64,000 bases of DNA. Origin: Lama guanicoe (taxonomy: Eukaryota). The translations under genes were made by a program, and so were the position numbers. Positions within the stretch are counted from its first letter, which is position 1, and each line of letters begins with the position of its first letter. The notes under the pieces were generated by a model. The model worked only from the letters and a program-made list of their open reading frames with translations. It ran no database searches and was not told where the DNA came from. Location: positions 758,524 through 822,523 of the forward strand of contig MU053873.1 in assembly GCA_013239625.1 (NCBI GenBank), in the 5' to 3' direction. Shown here one piece after another: positions 1-13,760 of this stretch.

Positions 1-2199
1 AAGTTCATTTCTGACGGTCAGTTAGCAGGTAAATGAGGCATTACTGGCCCTTAAAAGAGGCCCCTGCAAGGGGGGAAAGCCTGTGGTTGGTGGAAGTGAT
101 GCTTGCTTTGCTCAGGGGCAGCCGCACCCTGGCCCGCCCCTCTGAATTCAGGCTGCGTGAGGACACACAGGGTCTGGCAGTAGCCTGGCACCACCCCAAA
201 GCAGCAAGCACCAGCAGCGGGGAGACATGCCAGGGAGGTTTCTGAAACCTCTTCCTCGCCCTGAGCCAGGTGCCTGCCTGCCATGGACAGAAGACTGAGG
301 AGCCCAGAGCAGACTTGGATGGGGGACTTGGTCATGCACACCAGTAAAATCTCTCCTGGGCCCCTGAACTGCCTTCTGGCTTCTGGGGAGGTTAGTGGTG
401 AAGGAAGGAAGGAGACAGAGCTGAACTTGAGGTCTTTGCTGTCTCAGGGGGAGTTAGTGGAGAAAATGTGCTTTTTATTAAATTAAAAAAAAATTCTGCC
501 TCAGTACTAGTCAGCAAAGCAAATCCCCAGGGCCCACCACATCCTCTGAGTTACTTTCCAGTGGAGGGACCTGAGGACATATATTCTGAGCCAGTGTGCC
601 TATAGCAGAACTGCCATTTTTGATCTGGTCTTAACCAACCTTCCATGTTTACTGATTGAGCCTCTGCTGTTAAGTCTTTTACAAACGTTATCTCGTTGAG
701 GTGTCACATCCACTCTAAAAAGCTTTGATGAGAGAATTGAAGCCTGGAGAGGCTAAATCACTTGCCAAGCACAAAACTTGACTCTAGAATGCCACCCTCA
801 TCCCACCTCCCTGTCTTTGCTCACAACTGGACCAGCTGGACCCCTCCCAGTAATGCTTCCCTGCCTTATCTCTTCAGTCTGAGCCTCCCTCCTCCTCCAA
901 GTCCTCCCTGCTGCCTTGAGCCCTGCTCATTACCTAAGTGCATGTCCTGGGACCTAGGTGATGGCATGTGCTGAAGTCCCTGGTGCCTGTGCCCTGGTGC
1001 TTTGGATCCTTCCTAGACCATGAGCCCCTGAGTGCAGGGAGTGGTACTTGTACCTGGGGGCTCAGGATGTGTGCAGTGGGTAAACAACCGGTGGGGACAT
1101 AAACACTTGAGGCACAGATAGAAGGACATAGAAATGTTCCCTGGCAGTGGCTTTGGAGGGGGCAGGGCTGGACAGAAAGGACAGAGAGATTTGGTATGCC
1201 CTGCCCTGCCCACATCCCTCTTTGCCCAAATCTTTCCTACCTTCAAGGCCCACTTCCGTGAAATTCTTCATTCTGCCATATTCTCTCATACCCTGAGCTT
1301 CTTGTCTGAAATCCTTTCCCCCAGCCCAATATTTACTCCCCCCACTTCACACAACGTTCTCTTTATCCTTCAGCTACTCTACATCACCTTCACCTTCACA
1401 GAGCTTTCCCTAACCCCCAGGTATGGCTCCCATAGTCCCTGCCTTTCCCTCATTCTAGCCTAACACTGTATTCTAAAGGGCTATTTGTCTCCTATCCAGA
1501 CTTTGCACTCTGCAAGGGCATCTCTTATTCAATGTTGCTTCCCTAGAAACTGGTACCAGCGTATTAGCTCAGTGAAGTTTGTTGAATGAATAAATGCCGA
1601 AAGCAGTGATCTATAGCTCTTTCTACAGGCTCTCCTCCACCTTATTCATCTATAATTATAAGCCATCTTGGACTGTGTTTCACCAGCTAGAGTCCAAGGA
1701 AGCTGGGCTAGAGGGCCTTAGAGGCCATCAGTTGTACAGATGAAGAAACTGAGGCCCAAGTGGTCAGTGGCAGTCTGATTCCTAATCAGTGCTTTCACTG
1801 CTGCTCACAGCTACCTTGCTTCTGGTTCTGCCACTGAAGATCCTTGGAAGAAGGAACTGAGACATGGATGTTAATTCCTGGCTTGGCAGGGTGCTTTGCC
1901 CATTATCACAATCATTGCCTTTTACTGAGTGATTACAAGGTGCTAGGCCTTCTATAAGTATCTTTCCTACAATTTGCAATTCTCACAATATACAAAGGGA
2001 AGGAAGGTACAATTATCTTTAATTACAGATAAACAAACTGAGGCAAGTTAAGCAGCTTGCATATTTATCAATGTGTCTTCTAGTTTCTTTCATAAACCTA
2101 TACGGGTTCCATTGGCGCCTCACAAGGCTTGTCATCAGGCCCATTTTCCAGAGGGAGAAACTGAGGCTCCAGGACTACAGAACCTATTTCTGCACCTCC

Positions 2200-2700
2200 T
2201 ATTGCAGCTCCCCCTCTAGACAGCCGGTGCCCCCAAGAGCGCCCTCTACAGGCGGAGGCCGGCACGCTTGAGTCAGGTCAGCCCCGCCCCCTGGTGCCGG
2301 AAATGCCCGAGCGCTCCCTCCGGCTTCCGAAGATTGTCCGGTGCTCCTATGAGGCCCGAGTTCGGAGAAGCCGGGAGTGCTTCCTACAACTCGAGCCTGA
2401 CTTCCTCGCAGCCTTGGCCGCCGTGGTGTCGGGTCAGAGGCATCACTGGAAAGCGCGGAAAAGTGGCGGCAGCCTTGGCTGCTATTGCTTCCTTCATAGT
2501 GAGAAACGCCCCGATAGCCACCGAGAGGGCGGGACGCGCAGCCTCCAACGAAGGAGGCGGGGCTCTGGGAGAGGCGTGGCCATCGCTCTTCCTCGGGGGC
2601 AGGGCTCCTGGGGAAGGAGATCGTCCCCGGGGCACCGTGCCGCAAGCGAAGACACGGGAGCATCAAGCCCTGAGCCTGTGTCCGGACGTCTGTGCAACTG
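2200..2700. promoter_or_regulatory. Orphan CpG-rich element with CTCF-like, GC-box and ETS motifs
   Basis: Locally high CpG density. Reverse-strand CCTGTAGAGGGCGC at 2239-2252 and CACCAGGGGGCGG near 2284-2296; CCGGAAAT near 2297. Confidence 0.6.
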
Positions 2701-3741
2701 TGGGCAGCAACCTTTTCTAACCCCAGATCTCAGTTTCTACACCTGTCAAATGGGGGCTCTTCCAGGACATTTCCACGGCTGCAAACATCAGAATTTCATC
2801 CAGCATTCTCAGAATTCCCATCTCCAGACACTGAGAAATCAGAGCTGCATCAGTGTGGACGCTCAGAGCTCTGAGATCTCCCCTTGCTGCATTAGCATTC
2901 CTGACACTGGAGAGTTCTGAAGGCTGGAGACATGCTCCTTACTGGTGGACCAGGCTCCCTGCAGCCTGGGATTTGACAGACATGAAACATGGCTGTGAAA
3001 GTAATACATAACAGTAGGAGCTCAGATATATTGAGCACTCAGACTGTATGCCTGGCTTTGCATGAAGACTATCACATGTATTATCTCCACCTCCCCGCAG
3101 CCCTGTCTGGTAAGTCCTGTTCTTGCCATTCCCAGTTTACTGATGAGGCATTTGAAGCCCAGAGTCACAGAGTAGTAACCCGTCCAAGGTCACCCAGCTA
3201 ACAAGTAGCTGAAGCAGTAGTCCACAGTCTTACTGTACTGTGCTGAGAAACATTTGATCTGAAAGGCATGTGGCAGAGGGGGGAAGTGACAAGCACCTAC
3301 CAGTGTTAATAATACACACCACGAATTGAGCACTTGGTATGTGTTGGGTGCTGGCATAATTTATACCCCTGACCCTATAATAAAGGTTTTGTTATTTCCA
3401 GTTCACCAATGAGGATCTGAGAGGTCATCTCATATGTCTCTGGTCACACTGCTAGTACAAAACTGGAACTTTTGGGTTCATCAGTGTGCACTCTGCCTGC
3501 CTGTATATCACTCTTAGCAAGGCCCCCCTCTTGTCTGAGTCTCAGTTTTCCCTTCTGTAAAAGGAGGGGCTTGGAATGGAAAACCCTGGACGTTGTTTCC
3601 TGAGCTCACCTTCTGTGATTTTAGGGAGCCTTGACATGACGTCTGGTATCCTGTGTTTGTTCCTGATTATCTGTGACTTGGAAATGCCTTGGCCAAGTCC
3701 TTTGCATCTCTGAGTCTCAGTTTCCTCCTTCGTAAAATGTG

Positions 3742-4001
3742 GAGACTAGACAATTTCTTTTTCCTTTCTTTTTTAAAGACCTTCATTGTGATATAATTCC
3801 TGTACAGTAAACTACACATATTTCAGATGTACAATTTGATGAATTTTGATAGATGTATACATAGAGACTAGACAATTTCTTTTTCCTTTCTTTTTTAAAG
3901 ACCTTCATTGTGATATAATTCCTGTACAGTAAACTACACATATTTCAGATGTACAATTTGATGAATTTTGATAGATGTATACATAGAGACTAGACAATTT
4001 C
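3742..4001. repeat. Perfect 122-bp tandem duplication (2 copies plus 16 bp)
   Basis: GAGACTAGACAATTTC recurs at 3742, 3864 and 3986, and the two intervening 106-bp segments are identical. Confidence 0.95.
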
Positions 4002-6084
4002 AATTACCAGGGCACTTTCCAGCTTTAATATTTTATGACTGCAAAGGAAGAGACAAGCTGAAGTTCAGCAAACTGTGCATCTTCTGAGATATTCTAAAGA
4101 CTGTGGATCTGTCACTTTACTCAGAACATTCCTACTGCTGGGCTTCCAAGGACAGGCACCTCCACAGGCGAAGGGGATCAGCCACCTCCAGACAGTTAGC
4201 AGTAACTGCCGGTCTCCTAATGATTCACATCCACCCCTGAGGTCAGACCAGCCCAACACTGAACGCTAGCTCTCCCTCTGGAGAACCTCAGACAAGTGAC
4301 CTCTCCTGTCTCAATTTCTGCATGTGTAGAATGAGGTGCTAATAGGACCAGCTTCATTTGAGACTGGGTAGAAAAACATGCAAAATGCCTAATACACTTT
4401 CTGGCTTGGAAAACTCAATAAACACAGCTGTTACCGATTGTTTCTGTAGCACTGTTCTGGGCACTAGCAGAGTTCCTGAGCCTTGGACCCTGCCCACCCT
4501 CTGCCCCGCATCTGCCCCCAGGACCAAGATGGTGTTAGGGACAAGGGAGGAGAGGCTGGGTCTTGCTGAGTCATCGGGGGAACTCAGATATGGGATGCAG
4601 GCAGTCCCTGTCCTGCCCCGGAGGCTGCAGGTGCAGGCTGCCAGGCCTGATGGCAGCTGAAGTAGTTAGTATTAACGAGCGTTCCAGCACGTCCCTGGCT
4701 GGCGGCAGCCCCTGGGGAGGGGCAGTGGGCCGTGTGAGGACCGAATGTTGTCAGAATTGCCGCATTGTGCCAGGGGCTGCAGCTCAGTGCAGGCTAGTTG
4801 GAGACGAGTGCGTGCTGTGCTTCAGGCTCTAGTGAGGTGCATCCACGCCTGTCGTGTCCCCAGGATAGGGCTGTGTGGCACAGGACAGGGTTCTCAACCT
4901 GCAGTACTGAGACAACTCCTGGGGACCTGTGGGTGAGCTGCAGGGGGCCGGGAGCCCTCAGAACCGTGTGCAGGATGGTGTGGGTGATTCCCCAAGAGGC
5001 ATAAGATGCCCAAATATAAAAACAGTTCTGGATTTAGGAGTCAGAATTGGTGTAAAACCTTGTGATTCTGGTAAATGGCATCCTGTGATTCTAGGCGAGG
5101 AGATGAACCGCCCACCCCTGCCCCTCAACCCCAATTCCTCCCTTCCTTCCCTTCTTCATCCTCCTTTCAACCATTTCTTGAGACCTGTTCCAGGCCCAGA
5201 GCTGCACTGGGAATTCAGTCACAAAGAAGCCAGAATCCCAGCGCCCCTCATCCCCAACAAGTAAGGAGCCAATTTTACAATGCTGATAGAGGACGAGTCC
5301 AGGAGTAGTGGGAGCCACAAACTGGGTCTCCTGATCTAGCGTCAGGAGGGGTGCGGGGGGTTGGGGAGTCAGCTGGTGAGTCCTGGCTCAGTGCCCGTGA
5401 CCTTGGGCAGATCACTGGCTTGCTGACCCTCAGTCTCCTCCTCTCTCCTGTGGGCCTGATGACACCACTTTCAGGATGGGAGAAAGGTGGTGAGATGAGG
5501 ACTTTCCATTTGGAATAGTCAAGGGGAAAGGCATTGGTGTAGGAGTCAGGGATTCGGCCCTGGTCCCCCCTCTGCCTGGTCTTACTAGGTGACCCCCGAC
5601 ACTTCCCCAGGGCCTCAGTTTCCCAACCACAGAGAGGGAGCCAGGCTGCCAGCCTTCTGTGGGCAAATGCATGTGAGCAGTGGAAGCACCAAGAAAGGTG
5701 AACAATCAGGGAGAGCTTCCCAGAGGAGGTGGCATAGCTGAGGCCTGGAGGATTGAGCGCAGGGGTCATGAGAAAACTGGGTGGAGTCCCTGGGCCTGGG
5801 GTCTCCCTGGTAGAATCCCTGGGGCGGGCTGGAGGAATTTGGGAATGGGACCCTGGATTCAGGTAGAAGGGAGGGGAGGGAGGAGCTCTCAGGCTCCCTG
5901 ACTAAGGGAGTTAATGACAAAGAGCAGGGCCTCTGGGGTCAGGTGAACCTGGGTTTCATTCCTTCCTGTCATTGCTTCATTGAGGGCCCTTAGTAACGTT
6001 TTCACCTGTCCAAGCCTCAGTCACTTTAATCTGGGAAATGGGAGTAATAATAACACCCGATTCAAAAGATTGTTGGATATTATA

Positions 6085-6355
6085 TAATTCCATTTATATT
6101 AAATACCCAGGAGAGGGCTATCTATAGAGAAGAAAGTAGATTAGTGGTTGCCTAGAGCTGGAGGAATGGGGATTGAGGGACGACATGAAAGAGTACGGGG
6201 TCTCTTGTGGGGGATGAAAATGGTCTACAGTTGATTTTCATGTGGTGATGGTTGCACAACTTTGAATATACTAGAAATCACCGAATCGTGTGCTTTAAAT
6301 GGGTGAATTGCATGGTATGTGAATTATATCTTAACAGACTGTCACAAAAAAACAA
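6085..6355 (+). mobile_element. Old L1 3' end fragment
   Basis: AGTAGATTAGTGGTTGCC...GGTGATGGTTGCACAAC...GAATTATATCT. Confidence 0.8.
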
Positions 6356-8872
6356 AATGTCATTGGGAAAGTTAGACAAGATGCTACATGCTGGGCACAT
6401 GGTCAGTGCTCCTGAAATGTTTACTGTCCCTGGTGTCATTTACTCCTCGTAGGAAGCTAGCTGTCCATCGGAGAGGACTGAGGGGAAGGGGCCTGGCCCA
6501 CCACTGCTGGCTGGGGGCCCTAAGCAAGGCATATAACCTCCCTGAGCCTCAATTTTCTCATCAGTGATTTGGAGGGGGTGATTTTCCAGGTCTTGGCCCC
6601 CTCTTGACACCTTGAGGCTCATATCAGACCGTAGGTTTTGCCAGATACAGATACAAGGTCGATTGTGTCTCCATGGACATGGAGAAGCAGTTGGTTGGGT
6701 ATGCCCTCTCTCCACCCCCAGCAGGGCTGGCCTCACACACCCACTTATCCTGCATACCCAGTGCAGATTGTGTTGAAGGCACCCGGCAAGGAAAGGGCAA
6801 GGACCACAGCAGACAGAGCCCTGCCCGCCTGGAGCTCAGAGCCCCAGAGCGGGGCCCACAAGGGTCTCTGGGCGCTAGGTGGGAGCACGCCGGCTGTGCA
6901 GGCCACAAACTGTCATTCTGGGTCTCAGTTACCTGCTCTGTAAGAGGGGAAACAGTGCCTCCTTCCTAGGGCTGTGCTGAGCCTCACAGAGTCTCCCCTG
7001 GAATCATTATTGTCACTATTGTTACAATTAATACTATTATCGTCATCCATCAGGTGCCTTTTTTCATCCAACCTCAGCTGTCCTGTCACACAGTGAGTTG
7101 TGTCAGGGCTACATCTCCCCTGTCCCTGCCCCAGACCATCAGTCAGCTCCCTCAGGGGCGCCTGGATGCCATCTCCCAGCACTGCCCATTTCCACCCAAG
7201 CCCCAGGGTTTGAAGAAACTTCTCTGGGAGGCCCCAGGTCCCCTGCCTAATCCCTTTCTCCTGGTCTAGCCACTAAAGGCACGACCCCGGACCTGCAGGC
7301 CTGATCAAGGAGGGAACCGAAGCCCCAGCCCCCTCCACCCCACCCTCTCCTTGGGCCTGAGTGCAGGGTCAGGCCGCCGGCCGCCCCCCAGCGGGCCTTT
7401 CCAGGCACTCAGCTCTCACTGCGGCTGGAGCAGGAGCGAGCCAAGCCCGACTCAGCACCTCCTCCCACATTCCACCCTCTGCAGAGCTGCAAGCCAGGCT
7501 GGGGACTCAGCCAGGGCCGCAGCACCCTCTGCGGCATCCCGTTGGTGGTGGCAGAGGGCACGGGTGTGTGTGGGGGTGGGGGGTCTCTTCCCTGCTGGGC
7601 ACTAGTCCCTGCTCTGGACCTGCAGCTGCGGTACCAGTCTTACAGCTTCCCCGGGGCTCTTCTCCAGCAAAACTGCCTGCAAACCACTCCCTCTCTGTTC
7701 TGGTTCCCATCTGCAGACATCCAGGTGGTTTCAGGCCACAGCCTGCCAGGTTTCCCTGGGCACCTGGACAACGCAGCAGGTTGAACATTGGGAGAGAGGA
7801 CCAGGTCTCATCCCAGCACTGCTGTGGGTGGGCTGGGCAGCCCAAAGTGACTTATGGAATCTCTCTGGGCTTCAGTTTCCCTCTGTGTGCAGTGTGAATG
7901 GTCTTGAAATTGTCCTCATTGGCATCCTGCTTCTAATTTCCCCTCCCCCACCCAGACCCTGAATCTCTCACCTTGGAACTGAGTCTCCTGGGTGTCTGAA
8001 CAGGGACGTCGGCAGCCAGGCCAGGCAAACAGGAGAGAGATAAGACAGGTTGGGTGACGGGGGTGGTGGAGCCCCACCACCTTGGGCAGGGCGCCCCCTC
8101 CCTCCAGGCCAGTCCTCACCTCTCTGAGCCTCAGTCTTCCTCATCCACAAAATCGGAGAGTCAGACCTGAGTTATTGGAAGTGGATATCAGTGCCAGACA
8201 CAATACTAGCCAATGACAATAAACAAGGGTCTCCTTCCCCTTTGAGGCCCAGCCCAGCCCCCCTCAGCCTGGGGTGATCAAGTCCTGCTTGTTCTGGAAC
8301 AACCCATTGGTCTTCCACCTCCAGCCCTTGCTCTTACTGCTTCTCCTGCCTCCAGTGCCTTTTCTGACCCCTTTTCTCCTCTGACTGATTATCCCTGGGT
8401 TACTCTTCAGTGCTCAACTGTGGCAACACCTCCTCCAGGAAGGCTTCCTTGTTGTCCTTCCCACTCCAGGCTGGGTTGGGCTCCTCTGTTGGCTTCTCTT
8501 AGTTCTGTTTCCCTCCTCCACTTCTCTCTCTTATAAGCCTCTGTTAATGTGTCGGCTTCCCCCACCAGACTGGGAGCCCCTCACCCTCACCTTGGCACCT
8601 CTGTGCTGAGCATTAGAGAGATCACTGGGAAACGCAGAATGACTAATCTTGATTGTTAATAGTCTTGTGGATAGTCAGCAAGTTCTGGTGTCTCTGTTTC
8701 ACAGAGGAGGAAACTGAAGCACAGAGAAGTGATGTGATCAGCTTAAGTCACAGAGCTAGTGGTAACATAGCTGGCGTTTGCTGGGCTGGCCTCCTTACTG
8801 AGGATAAGATCCTAGAAGGTGACAGAAGACTGTGGCAGTAGCCCTTGCTTGGGGTCTGTTGGTCAAATGGCA

Positions 8873-8925
<53 letters not shown>
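8873..8925. repeat. (AAT)n microsatellite, about 17 units
   Basis: Uninterrupted AAT run. Confidence 0.98.
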
Positions 8926-8927
<2 letters not shown>

Positions 8928-10469
8928 GTAAAAATCCCGTTCTAAGAGCTCTTATTGTATGTCAGACTTCATGCTAAGCTCTTTGCATGCTTTTATTTAT
9001 GCCTTACCCTCACCCTATGGAGTGAGTGTAATTAATACTATTTTACAGCTGGGGCACTAGATGCTCAGAGAGGTTAAGTGACTTGCTCAAGGTCACACAG
9101 CAGTGATTTACCAATCCAGGATTTAAATTTTTTAAATTATGTTTTAATGATTCAAAAGTCCAAGGGCCCAAAGGATAGGCAGTGAAAAGTCTGCCTCCCT
9201 CCACCTCTGTCCCCAGTCACCCAGGTCCTCCCCTGGAGGCCACCAGGGTGATTCTCAAGTGTCCTTCAGAGCAGGATTGTGTGTTCACAGACAAACCTGA
9301 ATGTCTGTTACTCAGAGCTAGGTTTAAACCCAGGCTTGAGTGCCACAGGGTTTGACACAGAAAGCCCACCATGCCCTGGGAGGGATGTGGGGCCTCTGTC
9401 CCTCAGCCCGGGCCCGTCCCCAACTGCCTTCGTGCCTCCCCAGCAGTTGGCAGAGCCTCCTGCTTGGCTCTGCTCCTCCGGCTGCAGCAGAGCCTGGGCA
9501 CCGGTCCAGTGCCCTGCCCCACAAACAGGAGGCGCTGCGGCAGGCCTGGGGAGACCCCTTCAGCCCAGGCTGAGACCCACTTTCTTGTCCCTCATGGAGG
9601 TGGCCCAGTGTGAGGGAATGTCCTGTGCAAGGGCAAGGAGGCCGGAGGGAACACAGGGGGCAGTCAGTGCAGGCGGCTGCCTTGGTCTTTGGGGCCACAC
9701 TGATCTGGGTGTGGATCCAGGCTCCGCCCCTTCCTGCTATGGAACCAGGTGACCCGCCTCCCTCAGGAGCCCCTGTTTTCTCATTCATGAGGATTAAGAG
9801 ACAAAACACCTCAAACTGGGGAAGGTAGTAGGCCCTTGATAAGTGGTCATTGTGTTTTCATTAGGGAGGACTCTGCTTTTTTCTGAGCTTTTCCACCACC
9901 CTCAACTTCCATCTGACCCCTGGAAAACACAGACACCAGACCCTCAGAACTCTTCCTTCCCACATGCAGAAGGAATTGAGGGTGAATAAACGCTGGGTAG
10001 TATTATTACTGTTGTCATTGTTATTACTCTTATACGGTACCCAATTCCATGGTGTCCTTGGGTATGCAGACTCCAAGGATCCCTGTCCACCCCCAGCTCT
10101 CTGGGATGACACTTCGTGGGGAAGCCCAATGGCGGGAGTTTATCCCTGTGGGGGGCGGGGCAGCAGGGGATGTGTGCACAGGTTTGGAGAGTGGGGGATG
10201 GGAATTAACAGGAAGCTGTGGTATACAGGACAGAGCACAGGGCTTGGAATCAAGGGTCTTGGTCAGCAGCCTTGGCCTGCCTAAGCCTCAGTTTCCTCCT
10301 CTGTGAAATGGGGGTCCTCGCCCCTCTCCCGTTTAAGTCGTGGGGTTTGGGATACTCAGGTGGGAGAATACACGCGTGGGTATTTGCCACCTGCAAAGTC
10401 AAGGTCACACAGGCTGATGTAGCCTGAAGACCAGCTTGGTTCAGCGTCAAGGGTGTTAAAAGAATTTGG

Positions 10470-10592
10470 AAACGGATAGTCGTCATGGTTGCACAACATT
10501 GTGAATGTAATTAAAGCCACTGAACTGTACATTTAAAAATGGTTAAAATGGTAAATTTTATGTGATGTATATTTTATCACAATTTTTTTTAA
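10470..10592 (+). mobile_element. Old L1 3' end fragment
   Basis: ATGGTTGCACAACATTGTGAATGTAATT...CACTGAACTGTACATTTAAAAATGGTTAAAATGG. Confidence 0.8.
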
Positions 10593-13029
10593 TGTAGGGG
10601 AACAAAGAGGATTTAAGTTACTGTATCAGTCAGAAAAAGATCCCACTTTAGGGGGTTCCATAGAGGCAGTTTTGAAAAGCCAATCAGGAAGTGGGGGAGG
10701 TTTACCTGAATTCATGGCCTGGAATCATGGAGAATGGACTGCCTGGGGGGCAATGGAGCTTGGGAGGGGACCCAGTCACTGCGCAGAGAGGGGGAAATAC
10801 CCTGGCCTCTTCCCACCTGCCAGTCTTCCTTTGGTGCCTCCCACTGGCGGAACCTAACCAGAGCCTGTTGGCAAAGGAGCTTGGGAAATGTAGTTCATGG
10901 GGGTCACCCCCTCCCTGCCCCCACCCCCGCCCCATGGGATGCCAAGCAGAGCAGGGAAAGGGCAGGAAATAAGTCTGAGATCACATAACCGATGACTGGG
11001 GCAGTGGTCTACACTTAATAACTGGGTGATTTAGCATAAAAATCTGGATTCATAGCTTCTCCGGAAACACCCTTGGGGCCCCTGTCCAAGCAGTCACTCT
11101 GAAGCCTGGGAAAGGAAAGGAAGACAGGGGTGGGGGATGGTGAGGCCCACCTCTGCCTAGTCGTGCTGGGGCACTGGCCTGGATGGGTGGGGTCCTGCCG
11201 AGGAGTCCCGGGAAGCCCACATCCCCAGTGTTCTAACTTCTACTCAGTGAGGCGTGAGGGGAACCCAGGTCCTCTAGAGCAGGGATGGGGGAGGAGCATG
11301 AGGTCCCTGTAACAGGTGGACTGAGCAGGCAAGGCCAAGGGAGCCGACCACGCAGGACCGGCCCCTAGAAAGAGCGCATCAGGTATCTGGGGCCGCGGGA
11401 ACCTTCCTGTCGTGCCTCCTGGACACTGTCTGGTCCTGCGGGGGTTCTGTTTGGTCGGTTGGTTGGTTGGTAGTTGTGTTAGTTTTCTTTCTGAGGCTGT
11501 CAGGCCCTGTGCTCAGATCAAATCTTCCAGGAAAGCCCAACATGTAAACTCTTGGTAGAGCTATCTTGGAGGAGGAGATTGGGTAGCCTGGAGTTTTCCT
11601 CTGAAAATCCCTGAGGGGGCTACTGACACTCCCAGGAAGGGTCTCAGACCTGCCCAAAGTCACACACGGCCGGCCGTTGAAGAGAGATGTGCTTGGACCA
11701 CAGGCCCCTCGGCTCCCAGGAAGCAGAGAACACTGGCTCCGGAGTCAGTCAGAGCAGGGGCAAATCCTGAGTGTAGCTCAGTGGCCTCGGACAAGCCTCC
11801 TCGATTCTCGTTAGGAGGGGAGACAAGCACCTCTTTCAGGGGGTGTGGGGAGGGGTTAGAAGGGCTCGTGCTTGTCAGGAGCAGGGTTGTCATGGTTACG
11901 CAGGGTCCAGTCCCAGGGTTGCCCTCTGACCTCCCCCCCAGATGGGGAGAACTCCCCAGATCCCCTTCTGTGCTTTCCTGCTCCCTCCCAGGCCCCACAG
12001 CCAGCAGGAATTTGTCTTCTGCAGGGAGATAGTCTCCTTTTTTGATGAAACAGCGATGAGGTGATGTCTGGGTTTTTTATATCCCATTGCTGAACTGGTG
12101 CCAGACACTGGAATCCAGGCCAGACTCCATTAGTTGCCTTCATCCTCTGGGCTCCTGGTCCTGTGGGGACCTTCTCGGGGTATAGCTTGAGACCCAACAG
12201 CTGGGAAGAGCTTAGGGGAGAGGGACCAATGAAAGCAGTACCAAGACCCAGCGCCTCCACTCCCCAGGGGACCTGGGCAGGGTCTTTATGAGCCTGCCTC
12301 ATTCAAGACTCTTTTCTTTAAAAAAAAGAAAATCATTATTTTTTCTTCTTACCAAAGTAAGAAACCCTTTGAGGAGTAAACTAAGGGTAAACCCCACTTT
12401 GGAAGGTAAGCTGAGGCCTAGACTTGCTAATTGCCTTTCCCGTGGGAACCCAGTGTTAAGTGTCAAGTCATGGTCTTAATCCTGTTGATCTACTGCCAAT
12501 GGCGCTTCAGAAGCCTGAGTCCTCATTACCATCCCAGTCGCTGGTTGACTTGATGTGCTCAGCAAAAGAATCAATGCCCTGCTGGATGTGGGGTTGTTGG
12601 TGATAATATTATAGGATCATATTTTATATAGGAATAAAAGAAATCCCTAAAAGTAGCACACGCTTGTTACAAAAATATTCAGTTACAAAAATATCTGGGG
12701 GGACATCCCCTGAAACCCCACTCCCTACAGACAAGCTCTGGAACCATTTATTATATATATTCCTCTAGATTTTTCTATTCATTTACAAGTAAGTGTTAAT
12801 ATTTATATTTTAAAAAGATTACATGATACATTCTGTTTTGAAACTTGCTTTTTGGAAATAACAGTAGTTCTGGAAACACAGAGGTTCCTAACCAGGCAGA
12901 GTCCAGAGTCCTTGTGGATCTGGTTCAGGGGAGTGGCTGTGGGAGTTTTATGTACAATTGTGTGTAGTGTCTGTGAGCGCTTTTTAGGGGTAGTGATCAT
13001 GACTCTCATCAGAAACTTAAAAAAGATTC

Positions 13030-13760
13030 AGACCGAAGCCTCTTGCGTTTCAGCTGGAGAAAGCGAGGCTGGGGGAGGGGGGCGGGGAAGGGCGCGGTAA
13101 GTGGGGAGCCCAGCCCCTCGGGATGGCCTTGAAGGATGAGGACGAGAAAGCTGCAGTCGCCTGGTCCTGGGCGTCATGCCCTGGCCCCCAAGAGGAGCTG
13201 TGCCCTGCGGAGCCAGGAGGAGGGCAAGGGAGTCAGCCTGGCCTGAGCTGCCAGGCGGGGCCTCTGCAGTCCCTGCGGGGAGAAGATTTACGGCCTCCAG
13301 GAGCTCGGGGAGGTTACAGAGGAAAAGCCGGTGCGGCACTTCGGAAGGGTGCTGCCTGCAGGGCCTGCAGTGGGTCGGCTTCTGGTCCAGACTGGCTCCT
13401 CCAGGCTGAGAAAAGTCCTCCAAAGCGCAGATGTCGGGGTGGGCAAGGGGCAGGGGTCAGAGGGCGCTGTTGGGATGCATGCACGCGCATGCGCATGCAG
13501 CTGGCGCGGGGTCCCAGACCCTGGGGAGGGCGCTGAGCACAGGGCCTGGCCGGGCTCCTGTTACTGCGGTGTATTATCTGTGCAGTGAGCGGGCTCTGTG
13601 GAGCCTGGCAGCTCAGGACTTTTCTAGCTGCCGCAGGAGGGCCTGATACCACCAATAACGACGGACGCCATCCCTCTGGCACATCTCCTATGTGAGCCCT
13701 GCTCCGAGTGCGCAAGGCTGCACGCACTTCAGCCTTCAACCCGCCCCCGGGGAGGAGGTC
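13030..13760. promoter_or_regulatory. Orphan GC/CpG-rich element with NRF1 motif
   Basis: CGCGCATGCGCA at 13484-13495, GC boxes near 13076-13087, and elevated CpG. Confidence 0.5.

Noticed and set aside
2331..2347. REST/NRSE-like GAGCACCGGACAA on the minus strand
   Set aside because: Half-site spacing is non-canonical and both halves are mismatched.
2199..2920. Overlapping 150-208 aa ORFs on both strands
   Set aside because: No recognisable domain; long ORFs are expected by chance in GC-rich, stop-poor DNA.
3742..4001. Three 16-bp direct repeats as a CRISPR-like array
   Set aside because: The intervening segments are identical to each other, the context is mammalian, and there are no cas genes.
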